This document shows positions 38,611 through 51,151 of a stretch of DNA of 61,511 nucleotides, piece after piece. Numbering within the stretch: position 1 is the first letter of the stretch; the number at the start of each line of letters is the position of its first letter. Source of the stretch: Pelomyxa schiedti. Lineage: Eukaryota > Protista > Evosea. The notes under the pieces are model-generated. The model ran no database searches, was not told the origin of the DNA, and worked only from the letters and a program-made list of their open reading frames with translations. Location: the NCBI GenBank assembly GCA_020536535.1, contig JAHLWZ010000048.1:1-61511 (forward strand). The letters run 5' to 3'. The translations under genes and the position numbers were made by a program.

Positions 38611-40029
38611 TTATTGTGCAAAGGGTGCCACACTCTCAATCTCAAGTGATGAGCCTGGTGATTTGGAATGTACTGTCAGAACAACAGAATTAGAGGCAGC
38701 TTCCATCACCTTGACCTCATTACCGGAGGAGAGTATCAGAAACCCTGATCCACCAAACACCCTTGTGGACTCTGATTCCAGTGAAACAACTCTCAGTGGT
38801 GTTGTTGTGTCATTGCAGTCAACCACTGTAATGCTCAATGAAGTGGGAGGCTTGATGCAGAACAGTGACCTGGTTATCTGACAAACCGTGGTGCGAGGGT
38901 CCAGGTTGCAGATGGAAGTTGCAACAGAGGGTGCTCCGTTGATGCCTTCCTCAACTTCATACAGAGTGGGAGGAGTTCTTGGTCCATTTCTGGTATTCTT
39001 GACAATCCACACGTTGCTGCTGATTCCGCCCTTGTTGTTGTTCCTCCTCATCAGGAACTGTTCAATTCCTCTGAATGGAAACGAACAACAAGTTGAGCTC
39101 AGCACAGTGTATGCACCACTTCGATGTGTCTGAGCCACATCCACCACCTCAAACAGCGTGTTTGTTGATTCCCCCTCACACTTGCTTCTGATCAACGCCC
39201 ACTCAGGATCCATCTTGCTCACCTCCACTTGCTCAACGATACTCCTCCCTGAGCTCGTCGGGATGCCAACCACAACACTGTGCCTCGATGCCGCAGTGCA
39301 ATCCACACCACCGCCGCCACTGCCACCGCCACTATCACCATCACCAGCAGAGACCCTCAGCAGGTCAATCACAGTCATCTTGCTCCACTGCACAGACACC
39401 CACCACCTCCTGTTGGCATCCCACAGCCTGTCGGACATCACCACGTCGCGCCAGTGCACGTCCCACTCCTTCCCGGTCACTCCTGCATCGACCATGAAGT
39501 ACCTCTCCTTCTTGCGGCTTGGTGGAGACCCGCTCGTGGGCGGGACGGTGCAGTGCCTTATGAACCGCGTCGCGTCGATCCACCGGTGGCCCCACACGCT
39601 CTGCTGGATTATGGGAGGTGGCTGGGTGGCGCCGAGAAGGAGCGGCGACACGCCGAAGCGCAAGACACAGCGGCCCAGAAGCACCCCCTCGTTGTTTCGA
39701 ACGCCAATTGTGACGCCGAACCCAGCACCACCACTCCCACAATTGAGGAACTCCCACATGACCTGAAGCAGGAAAGGCGAGCCTGGCACGCCTACGGAAT
39801 CGGCGTTCGACGATGGTGACGACGTCGTCGGTCTTGGTGTTGTGGAGGTTGTTGTCGATGTTGAGGATGTTGAGGTATCAGCAAATTGTGGGATGACGAA
39901 CAAGACTCTTGCAGGGCTTTGAGCACCACAACGAGGGTGTGATGACATCAGCAGGGCGCGAAACTGGTCAGAGGAATGCGATTTGGCTTCGACGATGAGG
40001 GGGTGGCCAAACACTGTGGTGCTGTTCAT
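38611..40029 (-). CDS. HxRCG-motif family protein
   Basis: 472-aa intronless ORF; 'DQFRALLMSSHPRCGAQSPARVL'. Confidence 0.85.
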   Translation of the reverse strand: MNSTTVFGHPLIVEAKSHSSDQFRALLMSSHPRCGAQSPARVLFVIPQFADTSTSSTSTTTSTTPRPTTSSPSSNADSVGVPGSPFLLQVMWEFLNCGSGGAGFGVTIGVRNNEGVLLGRCVLRFGVSPLLLGATQPPPIIQQSVWGHRWIDATRFIRHCTVPPTSGSPPSRKKERYFMVDAGVTGKEWDVHWRDVVMSDRLWDANRRWWVSVQWSKMTVIDLLRVSAGDGDSGGGSGGGGVDCTAASRHSVVVGIPTSSGRSIVEQVEVSKMDPEWALIRSKCEGESTNTLFEVVDVAQTHRSGAYTVLSSTCCSFPFRGIEQFLMRRNNNKGGISSNVWIVKNTRNGPRTPPTLYEVEEGINGAPSVATSICNLDPRTTVCQITRSLFCIKPPTSLSITVVDCNDTTTPLRVVSLESESTRVFGGSGFLILSSGNEVKVMEAASNSVVLTVHSKSPGSSLEIESVAPFAQ

Positions 40030-40520
40030 TGACGGAAATCTGCAATCAAAAAATTAAAATCTGCATACACATCACTTGCACTTTCTGGGTGATACTGGGT
40101 GATTCAGAAACGTAACACCCATGTGCCAAGTTCTTTCTTTCACAACAACCACATTGCAGTTCCCCCCCCAAACATTTCCACCCAAACAAACACAACCCAT
40201 AATTGTGGTGAGGGAAAAAAAATGAGGTTATTAACAGAATTGCCAATGGTGAAAACTGGGCCATCCCCCTCAAATGGGTTTCAACTACATTGCATTGAAG
40301 TGATGTAAGACCTCTTTTGGCTTTCTAACAATGTCTCAATGACTCTTGACCTTATTTGGGTTCAAAAACACATAAAAACAGAGACACGTTTTTGTACAAT
40401 TGTTTTTTGTAGCAGTGTGTTGCAGTGTGATGCATAATAAAACATACAATAGATTGAATCAACAGTAATATCTACTGTCTCATTCAAAAGTACTTCAAGT
40501 CCCACCTCAGCTACATTTGA

Positions 40521-40646
40521 GGTGATGTTAACAACGCAACATAGAAAAGTGCCAAAGGTCGTGGTGATGTTAACAACGCAACATAGAAAAGTGCCAAAGG
40601 TCGTGGTGATGTTAACAACGCAACATAGAAAAGTGCCAAAGGTCGT
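40521..40646. repeat. Perfect tandem repeat, 3 x 42 bp
   Basis: Unit GGTGATGTTAACAACGCAACATAGAAAAGTGCCAAAGGTCGT at 40521, 40563 and 40605. Confidence 0.95.
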
Positions 40647-40996
40647 TTTTTTTGTTCTGTAAGTGGCAGACACAAAACTTGTGCTCTAAATGTTGCACAA
40701 GAAGAAGAACAAATCTCCACAATTGTTAATTCAAACAACAATGACCCACACACTGTGCTGCAAATTAATCACCCAGTACTGATGTAACTCCAGTAAACTT
40801 CAAAAAAAAAACTATGTATGTTGTGGCTCTGTTGTACACATCAAGAAATCACTTGGTGTTTCACAATGCTCCTGTAACCAACAGGCAGCCCATTACCCTT
40901 TGCTACCAACAACTTCATGTTTCAAAGACAAGCCTTACCACACCAATTTCAAAATTCAAAAGAGTGGAATTATGCAAAGGCACACACCCAGGTTGC

Positions 40997-42373
40997 TCAA
41001 CAGAAGGAGGTGATGCCTTTAATTTTAACAGTAGTTTGAACTGCCAATGGGGAAGTGTTAACTGTGAGAACAACAGTGGGACTGCTGCAGGCAGCCTCAG
41101 CGACATTTATCTCATTTCTTGTTGAGAGGATCACAAACCTTGGTGCACCAACTACTTTGTGGATTTGTGGGGTCCACTGAACCACCCTCAGTGGCTTATG
41201 TGGTTCATTGCAATCATAGAATACCAGGCTCTGTGATGCCAGTGATTTCACACAGAATACTGACTTGCTTATTTGAGACACAGAGGAAAAGTCTTCCAAG
41301 AAGTAAAGGGGTGGGAGACAGCCTAACAGGCAGGAGCCTTCCTCAAGCTCATAAAGGTATGCACTGAAAGGACTTGGATGGAAACTGTGCACTATCCACA
41401 CGTTAATGCTGCGTCCACCCTTTGTCTTCCTCATCAGAAACTGGAAACTTCTGTCATACTGGAAGGTGGCAATGGATGTGCTCAACACGGTGTATTTACC
41501 ACTGCAATGTGTCTGTGCCACATCCACGACTTCCAACAAAGTGGATGATTCCCCATACCTTCTCTTCACCAGAAGCCAGTTGGGGTGAAACTTGTCCAGC
41601 TCTGCGGCCAAAACCACCCTCCTCTTTGAATTCACAGGTACAGCAACTAGAACACTGCCTTTGGCTGGAGTGTCAGAACCCCTGCCATCACCTGTCACCC
41701 TCAAGTTCAGGTCAGTAACGGTCAACTTATTACCCTCCACAGCAACCCACCACCTCTTGCTGGCATCCCACAGCCTTTCATCAATCAGGTCTCTACACCA
41801 GTGGAGGTCCCACTCCTTCCCAGTCACAGTGTCAATCATGTTATACCTCTTCCTCTCTGGGGACCATTCAGGGGAAAGTGGAACTGGGATCCTGATGAAC
41901 CTTGTGCAGTCAACATATTTCTCAGTCCACCTGGTCTCGTGAATGACAGAAGGAACAGCAGAAGTGACGCCAAGAAGGAGTGGTGACACACGGAAGCAAA
42001 CAGAGCAGTAGTCATGCACTTCTCCATTATTGCAGACATCAAGAAGGGCCCGAATTCCCACAGCACCAAAGCAGAAGTAATCCTCCCACATTATTCTCAG
42101 CAGAATTGGAGACGGTAGCACTGGCACGCCCACTCCTCCCTCGCGAGGGAGCAAGTTGTTGTCGCCGGCGGTTGAAGTTAGTGTGGTGGAGCGGCCTGAT
42201 GTTGGCGCCGTTGGTGATGCAAGTTCTAATTGTGGGACTACGGACAGGACTCTTGGGGTGCTGCGTGCCCCGCAGCGAGGGTGAGACGACATCAACAGGG
42301 CGAGGAACTGGTCTTGTGCCCTCGTTGGCCGAACAACGACCATGTCACTCACGCACCACTGTGTATCGTTCAT
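40997..42373 (-). CDS. HxRCG-motif family protein, tandem paralog of 38611-40029
   Basis: 458-aa ORF; 'DQFLALLMSSHPRCGARSTPRVL'; shares 'VTGKEWDxHW' and 'EVVDVAQTH' with its neighbour. Confidence 0.85.
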   Translation of the reverse strand: MNDTQWCVSDMVVVRPTRAQDQFLALLMSSHPRCGARSTPRVLSVVPQLELASPTAPTSGRSTTLTSTAGDNNLLPREGGVGVPVLPSPILLRIMWEDYFCFGAVGIRALLDVCNNGEVHDYCSVCFRVSPLLLGVTSAVPSVIHETRWTEKYVDCTRFIRIPVPLSPEWSPERKRYNMIDTVTGKEWDLHWCRDLIDERLWDASKRWWVAVEGNKLTVTDLNLRVTGDGRGSDTPAKGSVLVAVPVNSKRRVVLAAELDKFHPNWLLVKRRYGESSTLLEVVDVAQTHCSGKYTVLSTSIATFQYDRSFQFLMRKTKGGRSINVWIVHSFHPSPFSAYLYELEEGSCLLGCLPPLYFLEDFSSVSQISKSVFCVKSLASQSLVFYDCNEPHKPLRVVQWTPQIHKVVGAPRFVILSTRNEINVAEAACSSPTVVLTVNTSPLAVQTTVKIKGITSFC

Positions 42374-42484
42374 TATGGGAAAAGCTTTCAGGGAATGATT
42401 GGAGTCGACTCACTTGGAGGACAATGTGTTATTTTCACTTTCAAATATAAATATGCCCTCTGGTTATTTTATATAAAGTTAAAC

Positions 42485-43485
42485 CTAGAGGTGATACCAA
42501 GAACTTGGTTGTATGTGAAGCTGGTGTGCTGAGCCAGAATAGTGTCCATATTCATCCTTTAATGTGACTGTAACTTGCACCACTTTGCTGGGCATTGGGG
42601 TGTTTGCTCCAATTGTAAAAGCATGGCCAATGTAACTCTTGGAACGTGCACTGCGTTCAAGCTCAGAGGTGCAGAGGAAAACTGAAAAAGGCCCTAGCTT
42701 CTTGCTATCTTTGTCAACATTGTAGGTGATCTGGAAATCCGCACTCTTGGCTTGGGCATAAAGCTTCCTCTTAGCAATAGATAAATAGGCTGCCACTGTC
42801 CTTTCTTTTCTGTCCACTGTTACAAGCACCTTGAAGTCCATGCATGACGTAGCAATGGTGTCACCGCCTGTAAGAGTCCACCATGCTCCAATGCCACAGT
42901 CCGTGGCTTGTGCGGTGAAGGTGATCTTTTCGCATCCATGAACTGAAAAATAGAAGTTATGTTTGTACAAAAAAAAAGGAAAGGAGTCTACCTGTCCGAA
43001 CAGCGTTCCAGAACTGGAGGCAGACCGCACGAGTGGCAGAAACAGATTCCGATGGCAAAAAGCCAACGATATGTGATAAAACCGAAATTGGCAAGTCTGA
43101 GATGTGTTTCCCTTAGGAAAGTCAATCAACAAGATAAATTTGGCATGCACGCACCATGGTAAATTGAGATCCCCCTGAATTCACTCTGTAATATATACAT
43201 CAGGAGTTCTCTTGGGTAAATGAGCTGTAATTTTCGCAAGTCAGAGATTAGAGTGACAGGAACAAGAACGCACTCCCTGTTCTCCTGAGTATTCCATTAA
43301 GTTGAGTGCCTGAAGATGGTTTAACGAACTCTAAGGACGGAATCAGACCCTCTGGCTGTATTAATTGACAAGTGACACACCACCAAATTCGAATCTATTT
43401 CAGCTGTCATTTGAGCAATCCTTTTGTCAAGCAGAGAGTGGCCGACCAAAATGTGAACGGTAGTAATCACATTTTGTTTTTTCAT
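42485..43485 (-). CDS. Hypothetical multi-exon protein
   Basis: ATG at 43485 (MKKQNVITTVHILVG...), plausible short introns and a long last exon; no family recognised. Confidence 0.5.
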
Positions 43486-43589
43486 AGAAAAGTGGCTGGT
43501 AGGAAGTTCGAAATAAGTTGTTTGTAGACTACTCAGTGTGGTGATGATTACATTTCCTTTTTGTTTAGGGTTGGTTGGCGGGGCGGCCC

Positions 43590-46500
43590 CTATTGGTTTT
43601 GGTTTGTGAGTGGCTGTTGCTCCGATGGTTGCTCCTCCTGGTAGCCGCCACTGCCACTGCCACTGCCATCCCCGTCGCCGTCGCCGGCAGCCTCGTCGTA
43701 GTATTCCGTAGTGTCAGCAGCCGTGCCGCCGCCGTCGCCGCTGTTGAATGTTGTGTTGTACTCTGTGTCCGCCGCGTTGGAGTCGACGCTGGTGTCATCG
43801 TCCTCGCCTCCTCCGAGCTCAATGCTGCCGGTGGATTCTGACACGTAGTTCTCGCTGAGCTTGTCATACTTCCGGGCCCTGATCTTTTCTCGGCAGGATT
43901 CGCAGGTCTGCAGCTGGCCTGGAAGTGCGAGGGAGGCAAGGAATGCCACGCTAAGAATAACGGCAGCCAGGCCCCACGCTATCATGTATCCTTTCTCGGC
44001 AGCCCACTCCTTGTTTCCACCGGGTTAGGAGTTTTGTGAAAGGAAATTACGGGGGGGTTTATGGTTAGTACCTCAGGTGCAGTGCTACTACTGCCGGAGA
44101 TACTTTTGCTGATACTGATAATGCTAGACAGGAGTCCGCTGCTCATACTTGTGCTTGTACTGTTGGTGGATGAGCCACTGGTATCCACAAACACCCCGGA
44201 GACAATAGGTCCCATTGATCCTCCCACTATTCTGAACAAGGTATTTACAGCTTGTATATGTGAGGTGCAACAGTATTGTCTGGAAAGAGTTTTCACATAC
44301 CAGCTGCAGAAGCAAAGAATTCCAGTGGGACAGATCCGGCCATTATAACCATCACCATAGAAACTGATCCGCACATCGCGGCTCCACCCAAGGTCTGAAG
44401 GAAAACAACTTCAAAAACGGTACTATGGTAGAGCGTAGCTAGAACAAATGCGATGGCAGAAAATCCAAGGGACATTGTAATAACATTAGCTGCTCCTAAG
44501 TGAATGTGAATCGAATGAACGGCTGCGTAAAGGGTTTGTGTCGTAAAAACCTATTTTTCGGGCAAGGATAGCATTGATGGGGGCCACAATCAAACCAGGT
44601 AGCGAAGAAGGAAATAGGATTAAACCTATCTGTAATGTACTTGTATAACCAAAGGGGCCATCAGGATCGGAGAGAAAGAATGGTGCTGTCTAAATAAAAC
44701 TTGTTCCTTAGAGTACTAAAGGAAAAACAGTAACGCACAGAAGAGAGGGCAAACATCGCATAGCCAGTAGAAAAAGCAGCAATATTAAGAATGCACACAG
44801 TTCTGTTCTTCATGATTTGTGGAGGGAAAAGAGCATCGTTTTTATAGTGTAGTTCCCAGAGCACATATCCCGCCAACGCAAAGGGACATATGCATAAAAG
44901 GGTAAGTGGAGCCGGTTTCACCCACCCCTGGAGGTACTAGTTAGGTGCAGGCTGAAATTGGAGGGGGAAAACCTCTTCACCAAGTGTGATTCCAAGCAGA
45001 AATGTTGATATCGAAATGGAAAGGAAAATACATCCCAGGACATCAATCTTTTTACCCTTTTTCTTTGCTGGAGTTGCAGGGTCTTTTGCTGAAGTTATCA
45101 TAAAGCAGAGACCACCAATCACTACAATGGGTCCTACAATCCAAAATAAGCATGCCCACGAAACATCTTCTCCGTTGTATGTAAAGTGTATCCCAGCGAG
45201 TGCAGCCCCACCCCCAAGAAGTCCAATGGAGGATCCAATGGAAAATAAAGCACTGACAAACCCCAACTTAAACGGATGAATAGTGCGCAAAAATGAGATC
45301 TTTGAGTACCGTTGGGGTCATAAACTTAACGGGAAATGAGGCTTTTATCAATGTAAAACATAGGGTGAATATGCCCTGAAAGGATAAGCACTACGTCACA
45401 TGATTGATGAAGGCACACCATTCCAATCCCCTGTATACCTCGCATTGTAATCAAGACAGCAATGTTGGGCGATAAAAAAGAGAGGCCACAGCCAATGATG
45501 CCTAAAAGAGGAAAGAGAAGTTGGAGGCTTGTGGAGAGACGAATTGGTGGTACCAAAACAGTAAACGCCGAGGCAAATTGCCATAGGAAGTTGCAGACCC
45601 ATTCTCCCCGACATAGCACTGAAAATGGGTGTTGAAAGCCCTAATAAAGGTTATGAATAAGATTAGGTGCCGAGGTCAACCTCCTGTAATAAGGTAGATA
45701 GAAACTACCCAGGGAACCCATTCCTTCTGATCAGGATAATTTTGTTCGATAACGTTCAGGGCAGGAATCTGTGGTGAATAAGTATACAAACAATAAGAAC
45801 AGAAACGCATACGATCATGACTTCAATAAAACTAACAGAGAGAGACAACAAGGTCATCTCTAGAAATAAAAAGAGGTGGATCAGCTTAATTTCTTTATGT
45901 ACGTGTCCATCACTGTCCGAGGGTTCTGGTTTATTGAGCCTGAGGGAGGCACTTGTGTTAATTTCCGCCGTGAGTGGCTTCACTTCATCACTCTGGTCGG
46001 TGGGCGGAATATCAACATCATCATACACCATGCTCGTGTTGTGAAACATCGGGGCTGGGGTGATAACCCTGGCAAAAAAAGCAGTAGTGGTATCCTCAGA
46101 CAGAACCCCGCCACGAGAAGCACTCCTGACAGGAATAGGCGCCGTAAAAGACCTCACGATGGGATTCTGAAGCAGGAACGGCGGCGGCGGCGTCCTCGCC
46201 GGCGGCGGCAGCAGCAGCGTCGGCGGCGTGCTCGGCCCCCCGCCCACTGTGGGCTTGACATTCGGCGATTTCTTGGGAGCCATCGGAGGCGTCGTCGGCG
46301 GCGTCTTGGTCGTGGTGTACTTGGCCGACGAGGACGCGGTGGCGGCGCCCATGGCAGACCGCTTCGCCAAGTGCGTCGGCAGCTGCACGGCCCCCGCCGA
46401 CTGCTTCAATATCGAGTGCGTTGGTTTCGCAGCAGGCGGCGGGGCGGCGGCCGAAGCGCCGTGAGCGTCGGCGCCCTCGTCCCCGTCCCCGGCGAGAATG

Positions 46501-46829
46501 CCGGTGCCCGTGAAGCTCTTGGAGCGCAGCATGCTGCGCCTTCGGGAGGGCGAAGGGGGCAGCTTGTGGGCGACCGGCGCCGCGATGGTGATGTCCTCCA
46601 TCGTCGTCATTGTGGGACCGGCGGCCGTTGACGAGAGGGTCGCGGGATCTCGGTCGGCGGGGTCGGGGCTGGGCTCCACGATGCGGACGCGGCGCTGCGT
46701 CCGTTTTTCGTTGCGTACGAGCGGCTGTTTTTCATCGCTGGACGACGATGACGACGACGAGGACGAGCGTTTGGCGTCGGGCCGTGGGGGCGACCGCTCT
46801 TGTACGATCTCTACCTTGACTTTCTTCAT
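43590..46829 (-). CDS. MFS transporter, DHA2 (EmrB/QacA-like) type, with a long disordered N-terminus
   Basis: Exons encode 'PWVVSIYLIT', 'MRGIQGIG', 'KKIDVLG', 'DALFPPQIMKNRTV', 'AVNTLFRIVGGSMGP'. Confidence 0.85.
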
Positions 46830-47177
46830 GTGGATCTCACGACCAAGCGACACGCGCGGTAGTTGGTCACTACGCGAGATCCCCGAATTAAAAAAAATAA
46901 TCAGAAATTTCTGCTGTTCTCGGGTTTCGCGTTACATTCGTTCAGTTCCTTCTTTTGAGCTTTCGTTTTTCACACAGACTTCCGCTACTTCCTTAGAAGG
47001 GGAACAGTGCGAGCCCAACTTGGTCTTTCGTTACTGTCAGCTGCTATTTTGGCGTTTTTTTGAACATAGATCCGTGCTAGACTACGTTGAGTTTGTTTTT
47101 GTCACAATGGTGGGTGGTGATTCATTTGTTTGGGCTCTGTGGTTTATAAGATTAGGTGTTGGATTTATCTTTTGGGG

Positions 47178-49557
47178 TCAAGAAAGAAGCGAAGAGCTCT
47201 CGTCGGGGTGCTTTTTGCTGTCAGTGATGGGCACACCCTCGTCAGGTGACGGTGACTTGGAAGTGCCGGCTTGGCGGTGGTGATGGTGGTGCTTGTGGTG
47301 CTTCTTGTATAGAATACCGCATATCTTGCACTGTCCCGGCAGGAACAGAGAGCAAAGGAACCCAAATAACATCACTATGCAGCCAATAAGCCAGGCCGTC
47401 TGATAGTCTTTGATTCCGGCCCACTCCTGATAAAGTATTAGGCACCGGAAAAAGGTTATCTACACATACCGAGGATGCTGCTGGACTACTAGTAGAGACG
47501 CTTGAGAGTGAACTCGTCAGCGCGGTAGAAGATTGGTTTGTGACATTGTATATTGGTGTGTAGTCATTCATATCATCAAGGATGAATATATTTGAGATTA
47601 CGGGGCCGATAGCACCCCCTGAAATACGGAAAAGGGTGTTCACAGCTAGAGATGGTGAGAATGGAACGCGGCAGATGATATTAAGTACCAGCAGCAGTAG
47701 CAAAGTAATTCAGCTCGACTGCGGCGGACAAAACAACTACAAGCAACGACATAACCCCAGCTATGCCTACCCCAGAAAGAATTTGTATGAGCACGATTTG
47801 GGCAACCGTCTCATAGAAGTAAATTTGTAGAAGGAATGTGACAGCCATAATTAGCATTGCAAAAGAAATTATGTTCGCCGCCCCTAGTAAGTGTAAATTG
47901 CAATTTCAGTAAAGGGGTTGTACCAATTTTTTTCGATAGCATAGCTGTAAATGGCGAAACGAGCAGACCAGGTATTGACGAAGGGAACAATATAAGGCCG
48001 ATATCAAGGGTACTAGTGTATTTGAATGGCCCATCGGGATCGCTCAGGAAGAAAGGAAGAGTCTTAGAGCACGTAAGTGAGTGTAGGGAGAAAGGAAGAT
48101 AACGAGAGACCTGAAATAGTGCAAACATCCCATATCCTGTGGTGAGGGCAACAAGATTCATAAGAATTACAGTTCGATTGAGCATTAACTTGGTAGGGAA
48201 TAGTGCGTCCTCCTTCATTCTTATCTCCCACAACACAAACAAAACGAGAAAAACAGGAGTCAAGCAGAGAAGAATAATTGGCGTTGGGTCACTCCACCCC
48301 TTTTCCATTGTCAGATTGTCAAAAAAACCTTATGTTTTTACCTGCTCACCAAGTGTAACTCCAACCAAGAACGTACCAATCACAAAACAAAGGAGAATAC
48401 CACCTGTGATCAGATCAGGACAAAGTTAGAAGAAGCTACCAAAGATTCGCACCGATAAAGTCAATTCGCCTTTGTGTTCGTGCTTTGAGGCTTGCCGGTT
48501 CTTCCGTAGTGATCATAAATGCTATGACTATAAGTATAACTACAGGTCCTGTGATCCAAAACAGAGTTGCCCATGACATATTTTCACCGTCATATGTGAA
48601 GTGTATCCCTTCTAAAGCTGCCCCACCACCAAGAAGGCCGACAGCTGAACCAACTGCAAACATGGAGCTTACAATTCCAAGCTTCATTTATTTGAAGGTA
48701 AGACTAAATCAAGATAAAAACGGCCATACTGTTGGACCCATGATCTTGGGTGGGAATGAGGCTTTGATTATAGTAAAGCAAAGAGTAAAAGAACCCTGAC
48801 TAACGTTCACTGAAAGTCGAATGATATTTAGTATGTACCATTCCAAATCCTTGGAGTCCTCTTAATAAAATAAGAGCTACAATATTTGGCGACAAAAAGG
48901 ATAAGCCACAGCCTATGACACCTGGCATATGGTTAAAATTGTCTGGACAAAACAGGTAATACCAGCAATATAGAAACTTAGGCAAGTGGCAACTGTTTTT
49001 TTTACGCCAAGTTTGGTTGTTGACATCGCACTAAACATGGGTGTCGATATTCCTTTATTTTATTGAGACCCTAATTTAATAAAGGCAAGATTACCTCCAG
49101 TAATTAAATATGCGGACAATACCCACGGAACCCATTGTATTTGCTCCATATAAGCGGTTCCAATCATGCTCAACGCAGGTACCTATCAGTCAATATCCGG
49201 TGTTACCCAACGTGAAGGTATTAGTGAAACGGGAGATACCAACATTACTTCAATGAACATAACCGACAGAGTAAGAATGGTCATTTCCAGGATCAAGAAG
49301 AACAGAGTGAGCTTTCTCTTTGTAGTCAAAGGAGGAAGCGTTGCTGCGATAGCGTTGCCATCAGCACCCCACTTTTCTTCCTGTTTTTTCTGCTTGCTTC
49401 TGCTGCTGCGGTGGCTCTTGTGGGAATTCTTCCCATCAGTTGGCGCAATTACAGCGCCTTCAGTACCGGGTGAGAGATGCTGTTCCTCTTCGTCATGGCC
49501 AGGTGGTTGCGACGACAGATCGTCGAGGTTGACGCCTTCGTGGTGAGATGCCTTCAT
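47178..49557 (-). CDS. MFS transporter, DHA2-like, tandem paralog
   Basis: Same motifs and similar intron layout: 'LRGLQGFG', 'RRIDFIG', 'DALFPTKLMLNRTV', 'AVNTLFRISGGAIGP'; His-rich C-terminal tail. Confidence 0.85.
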
Positions 49558-50247
49558 AGTTGGGGCAGCGGAGAATTAAATGGCAAAAATGGTGAAATAG
49601 TGACAGAATATGAAGTGACGTAGGGACGCAGGGAACTCAGATCAAAACGCCCCGTCCCTTTGTCCGTAATAATTATTCTAAGATTTCCAAACCTTCGTTC
49701 ACGTAACAAGAGTGTTGATCCAATTGGGGAATTCCCCAAGCCTCCCCTGTTAGCCTATAATTCTGCCCGGCACTCGCAGAGTCTACTACCGTTGGATGTG
49801 CACACTCACCAACATCTTCCTGAGTGGTGACTTACACGAGATCTTCTTGTTGTTCTTGTGTGGTTTGATTTTAGATCAGTCTGCGAAGACGCTTAGTTGC
49901 GGCGAGTGACGCTTCGAAGTCGTTGGTGGTAGCGACGATTTCCTTAAATTCAAATACCAAATGCGTGCAGAATTGGAATGAACGCAATTTTCAAGATGCC
50001 AATCAATCAGCCGACCACACAACGTAATTTCACTAATAACACACAAATAATACGATCACTGCCGCATACGACAGTGCCACCCATAGAAACGATACTTCCA
50101 AGATCTTCCTGCTGTGTTGTGCAGAGGTAGAAAACAACCAACGCGCCCTATAAAAGAATGTCGGCACGAGTCACTACTACCGCATCTCCCACAATCGCGA
50201 TAGCGGCGCGACCGAGCCTTCAGCACCAGCCGCGATACGTGGTTTCC

Positions 50248-50836
50248 ATGAGCATGCCTGTCGACACCGGGAAAATGTCCTACGACGCTCTAAAGGTTTC
50301 GGTTTGATGATTTCATTCTCCATTAACCACAACAACACCTAACATTGAGTACTAAGTTCATTACAGAGAAAGTTCTTTGATATCATTAGACTGGATGTTG
50401 CACAACCACCGGCCGTCGCAATCAAAGGCAGGACAGTTATATCAACGAACCCAACCGGGATGATTCCCGTCACGCTGCCTTCTGACCCTGAACCTCGCTG
50501 TCTGTCTCTATCAGCGTCCATCCCCATCACAAGGAGTTGTGGGAGGGCCTCTGATGGTGTGTTTGTGATGGATGAATTGGACACCGAACCCACTGCCAGT
50601 AGTGGTGGCGAAATGGTGCCCAGAACCCGGAGTGATTCAGAGAGTGACTCTGACACAGATGAAAACAACCAGGTATCCCCCACTTCCACTTCAACTTTAC
50701 CTATTCACTGGTGATACTCTCCACACGCACACACAAACAGGCTTTCATACCTCCACATCTACTTGTGCAAACAAGCCCTGGCTCCACACCACCATTCTCT
50801 CTACCAGCAAGGCGCCTGTTCAACAACCTCACCTGA
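50248..50836 (+). CDS. Small three-exon protein with SASIPI, VFVMDE and FIPPHLL motifs (reminiscent of S40/DUF584-like proteins)
   Basis: MSMPVDTGKMSYDALK|RKFFDIIRL...DENNQ|AFIPPHLLVQ...NNLT* via two canonical introns. Confidence 0.55.
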
Positions 50837-51151
50837 TCAACACCCACGCAAGCACACACATCACAAACCTCCTCGCCTTTCGCAAAAAATCGGGAATACT
50901 TTTGGTCGGCGAACATTTCAGAGACACGTAAAATCAAGAAGGGCAACGACCATCGCAGTTGCGTGTACTTCTTGAAAGGAAAACGTCGGCGAACGTTTTT
51001 GATTCAGTGATTTTCGGAGCTTCCGTTCGTTTTTTGTTCAAAAAAAAAAAAGAAAAGGCAACGCTCAGAGCGAAGATCTCGGCCACGAACGAACCACAAC
51101 AAATAGTGCCGACACAGAGTGTGACAAATACAAAAGAAACAAAGGCAGCAC

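Noticed and set aside
40521-40646. CRISPR-like array
   Set aside because: Units are contiguous with no spacers; eukaryotic context and no cas genes.
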